From a virus (lineage: Duplodnaviria > Caudoviricetes), in the IMG/VR virus record IMGVR_UViG_3300049924_000419, positions 1 to 29,249 of that record: a DNA stretch of 29,249 nt. One strand, written 5' to 3'. A model generated the notes under the pieces. That model made no database searches, had not been told where the DNA came from, and worked only from the letters and a program-made list of their open reading frames with translations. The translations under genes were made by a program, and so were the position numbers. Shown piece after piece: positions 19,011 through 28,405 of the stretch. The number at the start of each line of letters is the position of its first letter. Positions within the stretch are counted from its first letter, which is position 1.

Positions 19011-20629
19011 TGGCAACGCCCTATCGCCGCTGGAGTAATCCGACTGCATTCCCTGGCTTCACTAGTGCACCGAGCGACCAGAGTAATTGGCAGGCACTGG
19101 CTGATTCGTCTGGCGCAGCACACAACATCGACCCCATGATGCTCATGCGCCTCATTGCGCAGGAGTCTGGCTTCAATCCTGGAGCAGAGAACGACAGTGG
19201 ACCAGGGCATGTTGGGCCCGGCCAATTTGACCCGGCGACTGGGCGCCACTATGGCATGCCTACACCAGCCGACCGCATGAATCCACACCTCGCGGTGCCA
19301 GGCGCGGCAAAGTTGCTTAGTGACCTGCAGGGGAGGCTTGGCGGGATGGCTCCAGCGCTAGCTGCCTATAATGGCAGTGTGCACCCGACAGACCCAACCC
19401 AGTGGAAGCCAGAGACGCAGCAATATGTGCAGAACATCATGCCCGGACAGCTGCCGGTGGTGGATGCGAAGGCCTTTGGCCTAGACGGCATGCTGGCCGA
19501 TGCGCTCAAGTACTACTACTCTGGTTCGGCGGATATGCTGGGGCAGACCCAATCCAGCCTTCGGGATGCACAGGCCCAGCAGCAGGACCTGATGGGCCAG
19601 ATGCAGCAGAACGTGGACCAGCCAGCCCCGGAGAACAATCCACAGGCTGAGTTCATGACCAGACTGATGGGCAACATCAGCCAAGTGCTGGCGCCGCAGC
19701 TGCAGGGCCAGCAGCAGGCAGAGCAGACCATCCAGAAGCCACTGGACGACATCCAGCGGCAGCGCGGTCAGCACTTCCAACTGCTGGCCCAGAAGCACCA
19801 AGAAGCCGCTAGGCGGGCCGAGAAGCTGGGTGACCAGGAGACTGCGCTCAAGCACTACAACGCTGTTGAGAAGCACCTGAAGCAGGTAGAGCGCCTCTCT
19901 GGGCTGATTAAGAACCGCGATGATAATGCGTCTAGGGAGAAGATTGCCGCCGACAAGCGGGCCGGTGGCAGTGGTGGCAGCAAGGCCGACCCAGCACTGG
20001 CTCAGGTCACTGGTCCGATGCGCGACCGAATGAAGTCTCTGGCAAAGTCCATTGATAGTGGGAAGCTCAAGGGCGATGCCCTCATGAAGGCGCGCCGAGA
20101 GTACACCAACCTCAGCAAGAGCAACCGCGCGACGCTAGCCAACTATAAGCCGGGCGGTCCGCTGGAGGCCACACAGGTCGATGTGATTGACGAGATTGGA
20201 GCAGACGTGCTCAAGCAGGCCACCGCAAAGGGCTGGTCCAAGGACCAGGTCATTCGGTACATCAGCAGGCTGCCGGGCGGAGAGACTAACTGGGAGCATG
20301 GGCAGGAGGGCATCACCAAGCACGAATTCAAGATGTGGATTGAAGACAACATGCAGGATGGGCCGCAGCAGGGTGGCGGGGCAGCACCCACACAGGGTGG
20401 AGCACAACTAGTTTCTAGGAGTGGCGCGCAGGCAACACCGGAGGTGCAGCACATTGCGCAGTTGGCGCAGCAAACCCGCCAGCAGCTAGCTACGGTTATG
20501 CAGCAGACACGCGCTGCCGGCGGTAACGAGGCACTGACTATGGCGCCCCGCCTGCGCGAGAAACTGCACAAACTGGATGCCAAGCTCTCTTCCCTGGGCT
20601 TCACCCTACAGTATGAGGCGGGACAGTGA
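19010..20629 (+). CDS. Ejection protein with N-terminal lytic transglycosylase (SLT) domain and coiled coils
   Basis: SLT motifs 'LIAQESGFNP', 'GPGQFDPAT', 'ALAAYN', 'ETQQYV'; TAATG coupling at 19008-19012. Confidence 0.85.
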   Translation: MATPYRRWSNPTAFPGFTSAPSDQSNWQALADSSGAAHNIDPMMLMRLIAQESGFNPGAENDSGPGHVGPGQFDPATGRHYGMPTPADRMNPHLAVPGAAKLLSDLQGRLGGMAPALAAYNGSVHPTDPTQWKPETQQYVQNIMPGQLPVVDAKAFGLDGMLADALKYYYSGSADMLGQTQSSLRDAQAQQQDLMGQMQQNVDQPAPENNPQAEFMTRLMGNISQVLAPQLQGQQQAEQTIQKPLDDIQRQRGQHFQLLAQKHQEAARRAEKLGDQETALKHYNAVEKHLKQVERLSGLIKNRDDNASREKIAADKRAGGSGGSKADPALAQVTGPMRDRMKSLAKSIDSGKLKGDALMKARREYTNLSKSNRATLANYKPGGPLEATQVDVIDEIGADVLKQATAKGWSKDQVIRYISRLPGGETNWEHGQEGITKHEFKMWIEDNMQDGPQQGGGAAPTQGGAQLVSRSGAQATPEVQHIAQLAQQTRQQLATVMQQTRAAGGNEALTMAPRLREKLHKLDAKLSSLGFTLQYEAGQ

Positions 20630-23334
20630 AGCTGCCAAATGCGCCCTCTGGTGGCGGGCTGAGTCTTCCAGATGCTGGGAAGTACATGTCTGGCAATATT
20701 CTCAGCAAGGGCATTGACTTGTTGGGTACTGCGAACTATGCTGCGGCCGGCGCGGCGGACGCGCTCCTCTCTGGAGACAATCCAATAGAGGGCGCTGGCC
20801 GCGGCATTCAGGAGCGCGCGTCCTTCGTCGACACCCTGCGGCATCACGGTGCTCCAGGTGTCGTGGCCCTGCCTGCTGGACTGCTGGCCGATATTCTAGT
20901 GCCAGCAGTCCCGGGCATTGGCCTAGCCACAAAGGGTGTGAAGGCGGCGCGCTATGCCCGCCTGACTGGCGTGCTGGAGCGGTCGCTGGGAGAAGAGCGC
21001 AGCCTGGCCAAGATTCTTGTCAGCCACACGGGTGACATCTCTGATGTTGCCTATGATGCGTCTCGTATGCAGGATGCTGCTCATGCGGGCGAGGCTGCCG
21101 GGGATATGTTCCATGCGCGCGCTGCCACCACTGAGCGGCTGCGCCCGCAGGACATGGACCCAGAGACCACCGCCAAGCTCATCGAGTCGGCAGACACAGG
21201 GCCGCAGAATCCCTTCTTCGCCGCCATCACCGGAACCACGTGGGCCAAGAACCTGGGTCACGTCAAGTCCGGGCTGCTGGACCCCCTAGAGAAGTTGATG
21301 GACCAGCCCATTTTCAAGGGTGTTGGCAAGGCGTGGGTCAAGCTGGCCGACACCATGCAGCCCATGAACAGGGCGCTTGAAGGGGAACTGCTGGCTCGGG
21401 TCGAGGACATTGCGGCGATGGTTCCGAAGGCCGACCACAAGGCGTTCTGGCTGGCTACGCATGGTGAGAGCCTAGCTGATGATATGGCCCATTTGCAGGA
21501 GCCGCTGGCCAAGTGGCGCCGCATGACCGAGGAGGTCTATGACCTGCATGCGGGGTTGGGCACACGGCAGAAGATGGGCATGCACACCTGGTACTTGCAG
21601 AACAGGCTGACGCCCGCAGAGAAGGCCGCCGCCAAGGACCTCCACACCAGGCTGGTTGCCGGGGTGACAGAGCATGGCGGCAGTGGCATGTCGCCCATCA
21701 CCATTGGGCATGGGGCGCAGCGGCTGGACCGCTGGGTTCCGACTGCGCTGCGCGATGAGACGCGCGGCTCCAATGTCGGCCGGTTTGTGTGGAAGCTGGC
21801 GCAGGATGGTGCGGAGTTCGACGCGAAGAGCGGAGAGATTGTTGCGCTGCTGAAGCACACCAAGAACTACGGCATGAAGGTGGCGAAGGACCGTGTCGTG
21901 AAGCAGCATGTGGAGCGCGGCCTGCCAGATGTCATGTCGTACATCCACGAGATGCACCCGAATGTGCCGATGGCAGAGGTGCGGGCCGAGGCAGAGGCCA
22001 TCCTGGCCAATGACCTGCTGCGCACGGGCGACATCAGCAAGCAGCTGCAGCACCAGCGCATCACCAGCACGCTGCCGGACCCCGACGAATATCATGTGGA
22101 CCCGCGGGTCTGGGGCGCCAAGTTCGCCCGGGACAACGCTAACCTGGTGGCGCGCACCAAGGTGTTCGGGCCTGGAGACCAGGTGTTCGACGGCCTTGTG
22201 CACCAGTACAAGGTGCTGAACGGTGTCGAGCACGCCGCCGAGATAGCAATGGAGGGGGAGGTGAAGCGCGGCTATGACACGCTGTTGAAGAGTCAGGCTG
22301 TGCTGACCAATAGGCTGGATGACCCCACCAGTCCAGCGCTGCGGGCAATCAGCACCATTTCGGACTATTTGTTTTTGGGGCCGAAGACGTTGCTGCTGCA
22401 GGCCACCACGTTGGCGAACCACGCGGGGCTGGCCGGAATTGGAAACTCCCTGGCAGGAGTCGGTATTACGTTGGCGGACCCGCGGTGGCAGAAGTTCTCT
22501 AGGCGCATTGGTGTTGCTGTGCCGAACATGTTGGATGCGCTGGGGACTGGCACGGCGAAGTTCCGTAGGTGGAACTTCGTGCTGAAGGCTGTTGGGCATG
22601 CGGATGCACAGATGCGCATGTTCGGGGCGGTGGCTGGTGGGTTGCACGCGGTTGAGCTGGAGGAGCAGGTGCTCAAGTTAGTGCGCGCCGGCAAGCTGGA
22701 AGAGGCTAAGGGCGTTGTTGCGTATATGGGGCGCAGGCTAAAGGTGGATGCTAGTGTGCTGCTGGAGGGCAAGGCGCTGCCGGATGCGCTATTGATGCGG
22801 ACGATGCAGAATGTGGCGGATGTGACGAACTTCACGGGGGATGTTGCGCGCATGCCGAAAGTGCTGCAAGGCAATGCGGGCAAATACTTTATGAAGTTCA
22901 AGGCGTTCAGCTTGCAGCAGTCCCAGTTTATGGGAGGGCTGCTGGAGGAAGGCCGGCAGCATGGGAACTGGAAGCCGTTGTTGCGGTATGCGGCTATGTT
23001 TCCGTGGGTTTACAAGGACGTGTTGAAGGTCACGAATCAGTTCAGGAGCAGTGAGCGCCAACTGGACCCTCATGAGGACCCGCTGGAGTACCTGAAGAAC
23101 CTGCTGATGATTGGGGCTCTTGGGTATTGGGGTGATGCTGGGATGGCGCTGGGCAGTGACAGCGAGGCGCTGGGGCTGGGCCTGGTTGCCGGGCCGAACA
23201 CTGGTGCGTTGTTGAAGACGAAGCAGGGCGCCAAGGACCTGTTGCCGTGGCGCTTCGACCCCGTGAAGGCGGCCAGGAGCCTGCAGCCGCAGTCCATCAA
23301 CCAGATGAGGAGCCTGTGGGAAAACTCCCAGTGA
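20626..23334 (+). CDS. Large internal virion / DNA ejection protein
   Basis: 902 aa, helical, Ala/Gly/Leu-rich; C-terminal 'TNF.G...P......G..FM.FK.F' pattern common in podovirus ejection proteins; GTGA overlap. Confidence 0.65.
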   Translation: MKLPNAPSGGGLSLPDAGKYMSGNILSKGIDLLGTANYAAAGAADALLSGDNPIEGAGRGIQERASFVDTLRHHGAPGVVALPAGLLADILVPAVPGIGLATKGVKAARYARLTGVLERSLGEERSLAKILVSHTGDISDVAYDASRMQDAAHAGEAAGDMFHARAATTERLRPQDMDPETTAKLIESADTGPQNPFFAAITGTTWAKNLGHVKSGLLDPLEKLMDQPIFKGVGKAWVKLADTMQPMNRALEGELLARVEDIAAMVPKADHKAFWLATHGESLADDMAHLQEPLAKWRRMTEEVYDLHAGLGTRQKMGMHTWYLQNRLTPAEKAAAKDLHTRLVAGVTEHGGSGMSPITIGHGAQRLDRWVPTALRDETRGSNVGRFVWKLAQDGAEFDAKSGEIVALLKHTKNYGMKVAKDRVVKQHVERGLPDVMSYIHEMHPNVPMAEVRAEAEAILANDLLRTGDISKQLQHQRITSTLPDPDEYHVDPRVWGAKFARDNANLVARTKVFGPGDQVFDGLVHQYKVLNGVEHAAEIAMEGEVKRGYDTLLKSQAVLTNRLDDPTSPALRAISTISDYLFLGPKTLLLQATTLANHAGLAGIGNSLAGVGITLADPRWQKFSRRIGVAVPNMLDALGTGTAKFRRWNFVLKAVGHADAQMRMFGAVAGGLHAVELEEQVLKLVRAGKLEEAKGVVAYMGRRLKVDASVLLEGKALPDALLMRTMQNVADVTNFTGDVARMPKVLQGNAGKYFMKFKAFSLQQSQFMGGLLEEGRQHGNWKPLLRYAAMFPWVYKDVLKVTNQFRSSERQLDPHEDPLEYLKNLLMIGALGYWGDAGMALGSDSEALGLGLVAGPNTGALLKTKQGAKDLLPWRFDPVKAARSLQPQSINQMRSLWENSQ

Positions 23335-23633
23335 CCCTGAAGGAGGCGGCCAGTGTCGTTGGGTTCCTCGCGACGCTCGGCTCGGTGTGGTATACTGCGG
23401 GACGCGTCGAGCAGCGCCTCATCAATGTGGAGGCTCGCGTAGAGAGGATTGAGAAGCATGAAGATTCCAGGCTTGACGACACTGCGACGCCTAACCATCC
23501 AACCAGCGGAGAAGGCAATGAACCTGTTGTTCCTGAGCGTAGCAAAGAAGTTCTTGGCATCTACGGCGAAGTCCGTCCTGGCCGCGCTTATCGCTGGTCT
23601 GAGCCTGTTTCTGGGGGCGCCGGCGCCGAGTGA
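23331..23633 (+). CDS. Membrane protein with N-terminal TM helix and coiled coil (lysis cassette, holin/antiholin-like)
   Basis: GTGA overlap with previous stop; 'AASVVGFLATLGSVWY' then 'VEQRLINVEARVERIE'. Confidence 0.55.
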   Translation: MTLKEAASVVGFLATLGSVWYTAGRVEQRLINVEARVERIEKHEDSRLDDTATPNHPTSGEGNEPVVPERSKEVLGIYGEVRPGRAYRWSEPVSGGAGAE

Positions 23634-23742
23634 TGCGGCCAGCCTCCAGGTCTGGGCGCTCATCTTGCTCGGCATCCGCACGCTCATCAGTGTGCTTGGC
23701 CGGGTCATTGAAGAGCTCAACAAGCCGAAGCCGGCAGCGTAA
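23518..23742 (+). CDS. Putative holin (two TM helices, basic C-terminus)
   Basis: GGAGAAGG SD; 'SVLAALIAGLSLFLG' and 'VWALILLGIRTLISVLG'; ends KPKPAA; directly before endolysin. Confidence 0.65.
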   Translation: MNLLFLSVAKKFLASTAKSVLAALIAGLSLFLGAPAPSDAASLQVWALILLGIRTLISVLGRVIEELNKPKPAA

Positions 23743-23745
23743 TGC

Positions 23746-24234
23746 ATGAAGTTTCCAGACCAGACTCGGGCAATCGAGGAGCAGGACGAAGACGTTCTAC
23801 TCGCAATGCTGGTTTGGGGGGAGGGGCGTGGCGAGCCGCCAGAAGGGCGGAGCGCCATAGCCCATGTCCCACTGACCCGGAAGAAGAAGAATGGACTCTC
23901 CCTCCGGGAGACTATCCTGAAGCACAGCAGGCGAGGCATCTATCAGTTCAGTTGCTTTGCGGTGAACGACCCAAACCGGTCAAAGCTACTTCGACCAGTA
24001 GAGTGCGAGGGGCTTGGCCTTTGGGCGGCTTGTTGGCGTTCTGCGGTAGAGGCACTTACGGGCCAGAGCGCAAATCCGGCTCCCGGAGCCTCGCACTATG
24101 TGGTGCGGCGCCTTTGGTCCCGCCCTGCCGCGGTTCCCACCAAGCCATTGTGGTATGAGCACCCGTGTGTGACCAGTGGTGTAACTTCTTTCGTGGCCGC
24201 TATCGGGGGTCACGTCTTCGCGAGGACAGCATGA
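23746..24234 (+). CDS. Endolysin, SleB/CwlJ-like cell wall hydrolase (Hydrolase_2)
   Basis: 'LAMLVWGEGRGE..EG..AIAHV', 'YQFSC', 'GASHY', 'IGGHVF'. Confidence 0.88.
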   Translation: MKFPDQTRAIEEQDEDVLLAMLVWGEGRGEPPEGRSAIAHVPLTRKKKNGLSLRETILKHSRRGIYQFSCFAVNDPNRSKLLRPVECEGLGLWAACWRSAVEALTGQSANPAPGASHYVVRRLWSRPAAVPTKPLWYEHPCVTSGVTSFVAAIGGHVFARTA

Positions 24235-24407
24235 GCCCAGTCATGGACGTACAGGTACAGGCGTTTCTTACTGCCCAGGCGCCACTGCAGGCGCTACTGC
24301 AGGCCCACATCGATGCTGCGTATGCAGGCGGCACGCAGGTCCCACGTTCGATTGTGTTTGCGTACAACGCTGGGACGGAGCGCAACCTTGAGCTTCTGCG
24401 TGGTTAA
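24231..24407 (+). CDS. Hypothetical 58-aa protein
   Basis: GAGGA SD and ATGA overlap with endolysin stop; stop lies 1 nt before next start. Confidence 0.6.
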   Translation: MSPVMDVQVQAFLTAQAPLQALLQAHIDAAYAGGTQVPRSIVFAYNAGTERNLELLRG

Positions 24408-24408
24408 G

Positions 24409-26661
24409 ATGCTGCTCCGTTGGGGCGTTGCGGCGCTGGCTGCCTGTGGACTGCTGTTTGGTCCACAGCCCAGCCAGGGTGCCCAAGTCAACACGGTGGT
24501 TGACAGCATTGTGTATACGCCTACGTATCACAATATTGGTATCCGCGTGTACTACCATGGGGATGATGACACTACAGCTACTTGTACAGGTACTGTCAAG
24601 CTGAATGGGGCGGCTGGGTCCGACACCATCTTCACATTCTCTAGGTTCCATGGGTGGAACCGCGCTACCAGTGGCGACTCCGCGCGCTTCTGGGCGAGCA
24701 GCGTGTTCTGGTGTGGGTCCGACAGCATCTACAAAATCACGCTAACGCTTGCGGATGCAAGCGGCTGCACAGGCTGTACGCCCGCAGAGGCGACCGTCAC
24801 TACGTGGCCTCCGCCCAATATTGGTGTGGTGGGCAAGCAGATTTGGATGGGGCCGTTTGGCAGTGATGCCAATAGCGGTCTCAGTAGCTCCGTCCCCAAG
24901 CGCACGTTCGCGTCTGCGCTGGCAGCCATGACTACTGCTGGCGACCAGCTCCGAATGCTGGCCGGCACCTACTACACGATGCGCACCGACACGCTGCTGG
25001 TGCCGCCCGGTACGAAGAACGGCACGGCTACCGGCCGGTATAGTGTGGTTGGAGATGCTGGTGTGATTATCAGTGGAGCAGACACTACTGGACTAGATGG
25101 CGGTACTTGGGGCGCCACCAATAAGGTTGGGGCTGGCGCGTTTGCTAAGGCGTTTAGCCCGGCCATCTGGCCCAGGACTGTTGTCATTGACGACACGCTC
25201 CGGCTCTATCCCTACAACACCTTTTACAAGCTGGCGTCTGACCCGCAGAGTGTGGTGAGCACGTGGGGCGCATATTGGGTGACTGACGATGGCGACTCTG
25301 TCTTCATTAGGCCGCCTACGTCGCTTGGTGGGGTGCTATCTGGGCACACAGTACATGTAGCCAGGTCGCCGGCTGCTATGCGCGTGCAGGGGGACTTCTG
25401 GCGCATTGACAGCCTTACGTTCCAGCACTTTGGGAATGGGTTCAACCAGACGACCATCGCGCTTGGTGGGCCGGTGGTGTCCGTAACATCCCGAAATGCC
25501 CTGGTGCAGAACTGTGAATTCAGGAACCTGGGCCGGCCTGGTGTCGGCATCTCCTACTACTTCGACAACTCCCAGTCCAACACTGACTACGCCACCATCC
25601 AACGTAACCGCTTCACCACATACACCATCGGTGACCAGTGGAACTACCCGAAGACCCGCTATGTTGGGTACGCGCGCGGAGCCGGCGCTACGTGTCCCAG
25701 CGCCGACAGCACCTGCTTCTACCTCAACATCACATATCCGCAGCTGCTGGTTGAGGTGGGTAAGGGCCACGTCATCCGCTATAACCACTATGTTGGCGGG
25801 GCTGATGGGGCCATTCGGCAGGTCAATGCCGAGGCCCGAGACAGCAGCCAGGCGCAGATTTCAGACAACGACTTCTACCAGAACAACATCCTGGACATTG
25901 GGTCGGATGGTATCGAGCCGGATTCTGGGCCATTTGTGAATTGCCGCTACTACCTGAACACGGTGTTGGGCGGCGATTCTGGCATCAATATGTCGGTGTA
26001 TCGCGGGCCGGCGTTCTTCTTCTACAACACGTTCATCAACCAGATTCGCGGGGTGCTGCCGGTGGGGCTGGTGCCCGACCTAGATGTGTCTCGCGGGCAC
26101 CAGTGGTTCATCAACAACACCTGGGTGTCTGGGCGCAGTGATGGAGCAGGAGTGTGGACCCAGCCACAGAGCGGCACACAGAATGCCTATAGCAATGTGC
26201 ATGTGCTGAACAACATCATGGCCGGGTACTCGTTCACGACGACCGAGCGGGGGGTGTTCAAGAACGTACTTGGCAACCGGCTCTGTGAGTTTAATTACAA
26301 TGCTGGGTTTGTACACTCCGGCGGCACATGGTCCTTCACCACCTACAGTGGCACCACCCGAACTCAAGCCACCATCGCCGCTTGGCGAGACAGCAGTTAT
26401 GGGTTTGGTACCAATGATATTGCGTTGCCCAGCCTGGCGTTCCGGGACACTGCACATTGGGACTGGCGTCCAAATGGGGCTAGTACGGTGATTGGTGCAG
26501 GGCAGCGTATCAAGGGAATCAATGCGTCGAACCAGTTCCATGGTACGCGCACTGCGCCTGGCTTGTCGCCATACCCATGGCCGTATATGGGTGCACTGAA
26601 ACCAGTTACTGTAGCGGACTTTTCACGGCGCCGCGTATGGTGGCGGCGATTCTTTTACTAG
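24409..26661 (+). CDS. Exported right-handed parallel beta-helix protein (polysaccharide lyase/depolymerase-like) with signal peptide
   Basis: N-terminus MLLRWGVAALAACGLLFGPQPSQGA; 'GSDANSG.S...PKRT...A......GD......GTY' entry motif; beta-helix Asn ladders (QNCEF, RNRF, QNNI, YNTF, NNTW, NNIM); 'DGIEPD'. Confidence 0.8.
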   Translation: MLLRWGVAALAACGLLFGPQPSQGAQVNTVVDSIVYTPTYHNIGIRVYYHGDDDTTATCTGTVKLNGAAGSDTIFTFSRFHGWNRATSGDSARFWASSVFWCGSDSIYKITLTLADASGCTGCTPAEATVTTWPPPNIGVVGKQIWMGPFGSDANSGLSSSVPKRTFASALAAMTTAGDQLRMLAGTYYTMRTDTLLVPPGTKNGTATGRYSVVGDAGVIISGADTTGLDGGTWGATNKVGAGAFAKAFSPAIWPRTVVIDDTLRLYPYNTFYKLASDPQSVVSTWGAYWVTDDGDSVFIRPPTSLGGVLSGHTVHVARSPAAMRVQGDFWRIDSLTFQHFGNGFNQTTIALGGPVVSVTSRNALVQNCEFRNLGRPGVGISYYFDNSQSNTDYATIQRNRFTTYTIGDQWNYPKTRYVGYARGAGATCPSADSTCFYLNITYPQLLVEVGKGHVIRYNHYVGGADGAIRQVNAEARDSSQAQISDNDFYQNNILDIGSDGIEPDSGPFVNCRYYLNTVLGGDSGINMSVYRGPAFFFYNTFINQIRGVLPVGLVPDLDVSRGHQWFINNTWVSGRSDGAGVWTQPQSGTQNAYSNVHVLNNIMAGYSFTTTERGVFKNVLGNRLCEFNYNAGFVHSGGTWSFTTYSGTTRTQATIAAWRDSSYGFGTNDIALPSLAFRDTAHWDWRPNGASTVIGAGQRIKGINASNQFHGTRTAPGLSPYPWPYMGALKPVTVADFSRRRVWWRRFFY

Positions 26662-26673
26662 GGGAGCACTACA

Positions 26674-27084
26674 ATGAGCTGCAGCAAGACCAGTAGGGTC
26701 CGCACAGCCCCAGACCTCTCAGTGATTACTATTACGCTGAGTGCCAGTCAGATTTCCCGCAAGGACATTGTGGTAATTGACTGGATTAGCTTCAGTGGTG
26801 TGTGTGGGGCCACAGACGAGAACTGGTATGTCTCAATTGATGATGGGACTACTGAGATGTATCGTGTTGGGCAGGCGGCCGCAGCGACCACAAGGGACAC
26901 GCTGTTTGTGCAGTTCCATACTGGCTTCCCGTTGTGGACCCCAGTGGCCTCTGGGTTCTCTGTTTCTAACGGTCCCCCTGCCCCCACAATCAACTTCAGT
27001 CTGTCGGGGCCGACCGTGGCCGCCGGGAGCTTTTTTGCTGTGGGCTATCACTGTGAGGCAGCGACGCAGCGGGCTGGGGAGTAA
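26674..27084 (+). CDS. Hypothetical beta-rich protein
   Basis: GGGGAG SD; 136-aa ORF, last gene of the + strand run. Confidence 0.65.
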   Translation: MSCSKTSRVRTAPDLSVITITLSASQISRKDIVVIDWISFSGVCGATDENWYVSIDDGTTEMYRVGQAAAATTRDTLFVQFHTGFPLWTPVASGFSVSNGPPAPTINFSLSGPTVAAGSFFAVGYHCEAATQRAGE

Positions 27085-27259
27085 CAGCCTCCTCAAACAT
27101 CTCGCAGATAAAGGGCGCTACTCGGTCCCACCGCGGACTGGGGGCGCCTTGTCTTTGTGCCAAGAAGACTGCTTCCTGGATGCGCGCCACGATGGCAGTC
27201 TCCATGTCCTGAAAGTGCTGCCATTCCTTCTTGAGCTGATAGGTCTTTGTGTTGGGCAC
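26996..27259 (-). CDS. Hypothetical protein
   Basis: GGAG SD; follows 27261-27464 on the - strand; 3' end overlaps the convergent gene. Confidence 0.55.
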   Translation of the reverse strand: MPNTKTYQLKKEWQHFQDMETAIVARIQEAVFLAQRQGAPSPRWDRVAPFICEMFEEAVTPQPAASLPHSDSPQQKSSRRPRSAPTD

Positions 27260-27260
27260 A

Positions 27261-27464
27261 TTAGTCTCCGAAACTAGTGAGGAGTTCGTCGAGGTCCTTG
27301 ATGAACTTGCGAAGCTCTGCGCCTGTACAGCCCTGCCCGAACCGCCCGATGAGCGTGTTCAGGCCCATGCGGTATTGGCTGTCTCTGGTGGAGCGGAAGA
27401 TGGTCCGCTCCTCCAGCGGGATGACGACGCGCCGTGTCTCGTACTGTTGGGTCACCTGCATCAT
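27261..27464 (-). CDS. Hypothetical protein
   Basis: ATGA overlap with upstream - strand gene; 67 aa. Confidence 0.6.
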   Translation of the reverse strand: MMQVTQQYETRRVVIPLEERTIFRSTRDSQYRMGLNTLIGRFGQGCTGAELRKFIKDLDELLTSFGD

Positions 27465-27730
27465 TTCGGCGGGCTCCAGCCGTCAGGGGCGGGGGTGAGC
27501 GGCATTGATAAGTCATCGTCGAGCGCGGCTTGCCGCATGATGGCGTTCCAGTCGCGCTCAATCAGTGCGTTGTGGCGTGCCCACCCCATCTGTCGGATGC
27601 ACTCGTCGGCCAGCGCCCGCCACCCCTCCATCACGAAGTGGTTGGGGGTGTGGGTCAGCACCTTAGGGGCAGCCGCACCGAGGCTGATAATCCACAGGCG
27701 GGTGGCCAGTGTCTCGCGCAGGTCACTCAT
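27461..27730 (-). CDS. Hypothetical protein
   Basis: GGGGAGAAG SD before ATG 27730 (MSDLRETLATRLW...), overlapping the glycosyltransferase stop. Confidence 0.65.
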   Translation of the reverse strand: MSDLRETLATRLWIISLGAAAPKVLTHTPNHFVMEGWRALADECIRQMGWARHNALIERDWNAIMRQAALDDDLSMPLTPAPDGWSPPK

Positions 27731-28367
27731 GGACTTCTCCCCAGACGGTTGGGCTGACCATCTTGTCGTAGGGCACGTTGTGGAAATACATGAGCTCTGG
27801 GGCCTGTGCAACGCGCACTTCCCCGTCATGGATGAGGCGGTCGATGAGCATGGCGTCACGGAAACCGTGGTTGTCGTCGCAGATGAAGCGTGTGGTCGGG
27901 TGGGCCGGGCTGAACAGGATGCCGTGCATAGGTGGGCGAGCGAAGCCCCCATGTGACAGGAACGCGTCCCGCTTGATGATGAAGTTTCCGAGCGTGCTGT
28001 CGCAGGGCCAGAAGCGGCAGCCCGGCCGGTCGTTCCACGGGCACCAGACCACGTCTGGCCGGAGGAAGCCCTGCGCCTTCCCCATCATCTCCTTGATGTA
28101 GTCCAGGGAATAGCTGTCATCGTGGCAGAAGAAGCCCAGCCACTCGGAAGTTGCTTTCTCGGCCAGCCGCTGTCGCTTCTCGTAGCCGAACTCCTGGACT
28201 GTTTCCACTAGGCCGAGATAGTCGTGCTTGCGGGTGGCTGGGGCGCAGGTACCGCTACACTCCACCAGGACTTCGTCGGGAGTCCGGGTCTGGTCCTCCA
28301 GGTTCTTGAGGATTGGGTCCGGGGTGCTGTTGTGGCAGGTTACGATGGCGGTCAGCGTACTCATCAA
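27723..28367 (-). CDS. Glycosyltransferase, GT-A fold (GT2-like)
   Basis: 'LTAIVTCHN', 'LEDQT..PDEVLV', 'ATSEWLGFFCHDDSY' (DxD-like), 'NFIIKRDAF...GGF'; GGAGG SD. Confidence 0.8.
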   Translation of the reverse strand: MMSTLTAIVTCHNSTPDPILKNLEDQTRTPDEVLVECSGTCAPATRKHDYLGLVETVQEFGYEKRQRLAEKATSEWLGFFCHDDSYSLDYIKEMMGKAQGFLRPDVVWCPWNDRPGCRFWPCDSTLGNFIIKRDAFLSHGGFARPPMHGILFSPAHPTTRFICDDNHGFRDAMLIDRLIHDGEVRVAQAPELMYFHNVPYDKMVSPTVWGEVHE

Positions 28368-28405
28368 GCCTCCGAGTTAGGCAGTGTGGGCAAGCACAGG
28401 GCTCG

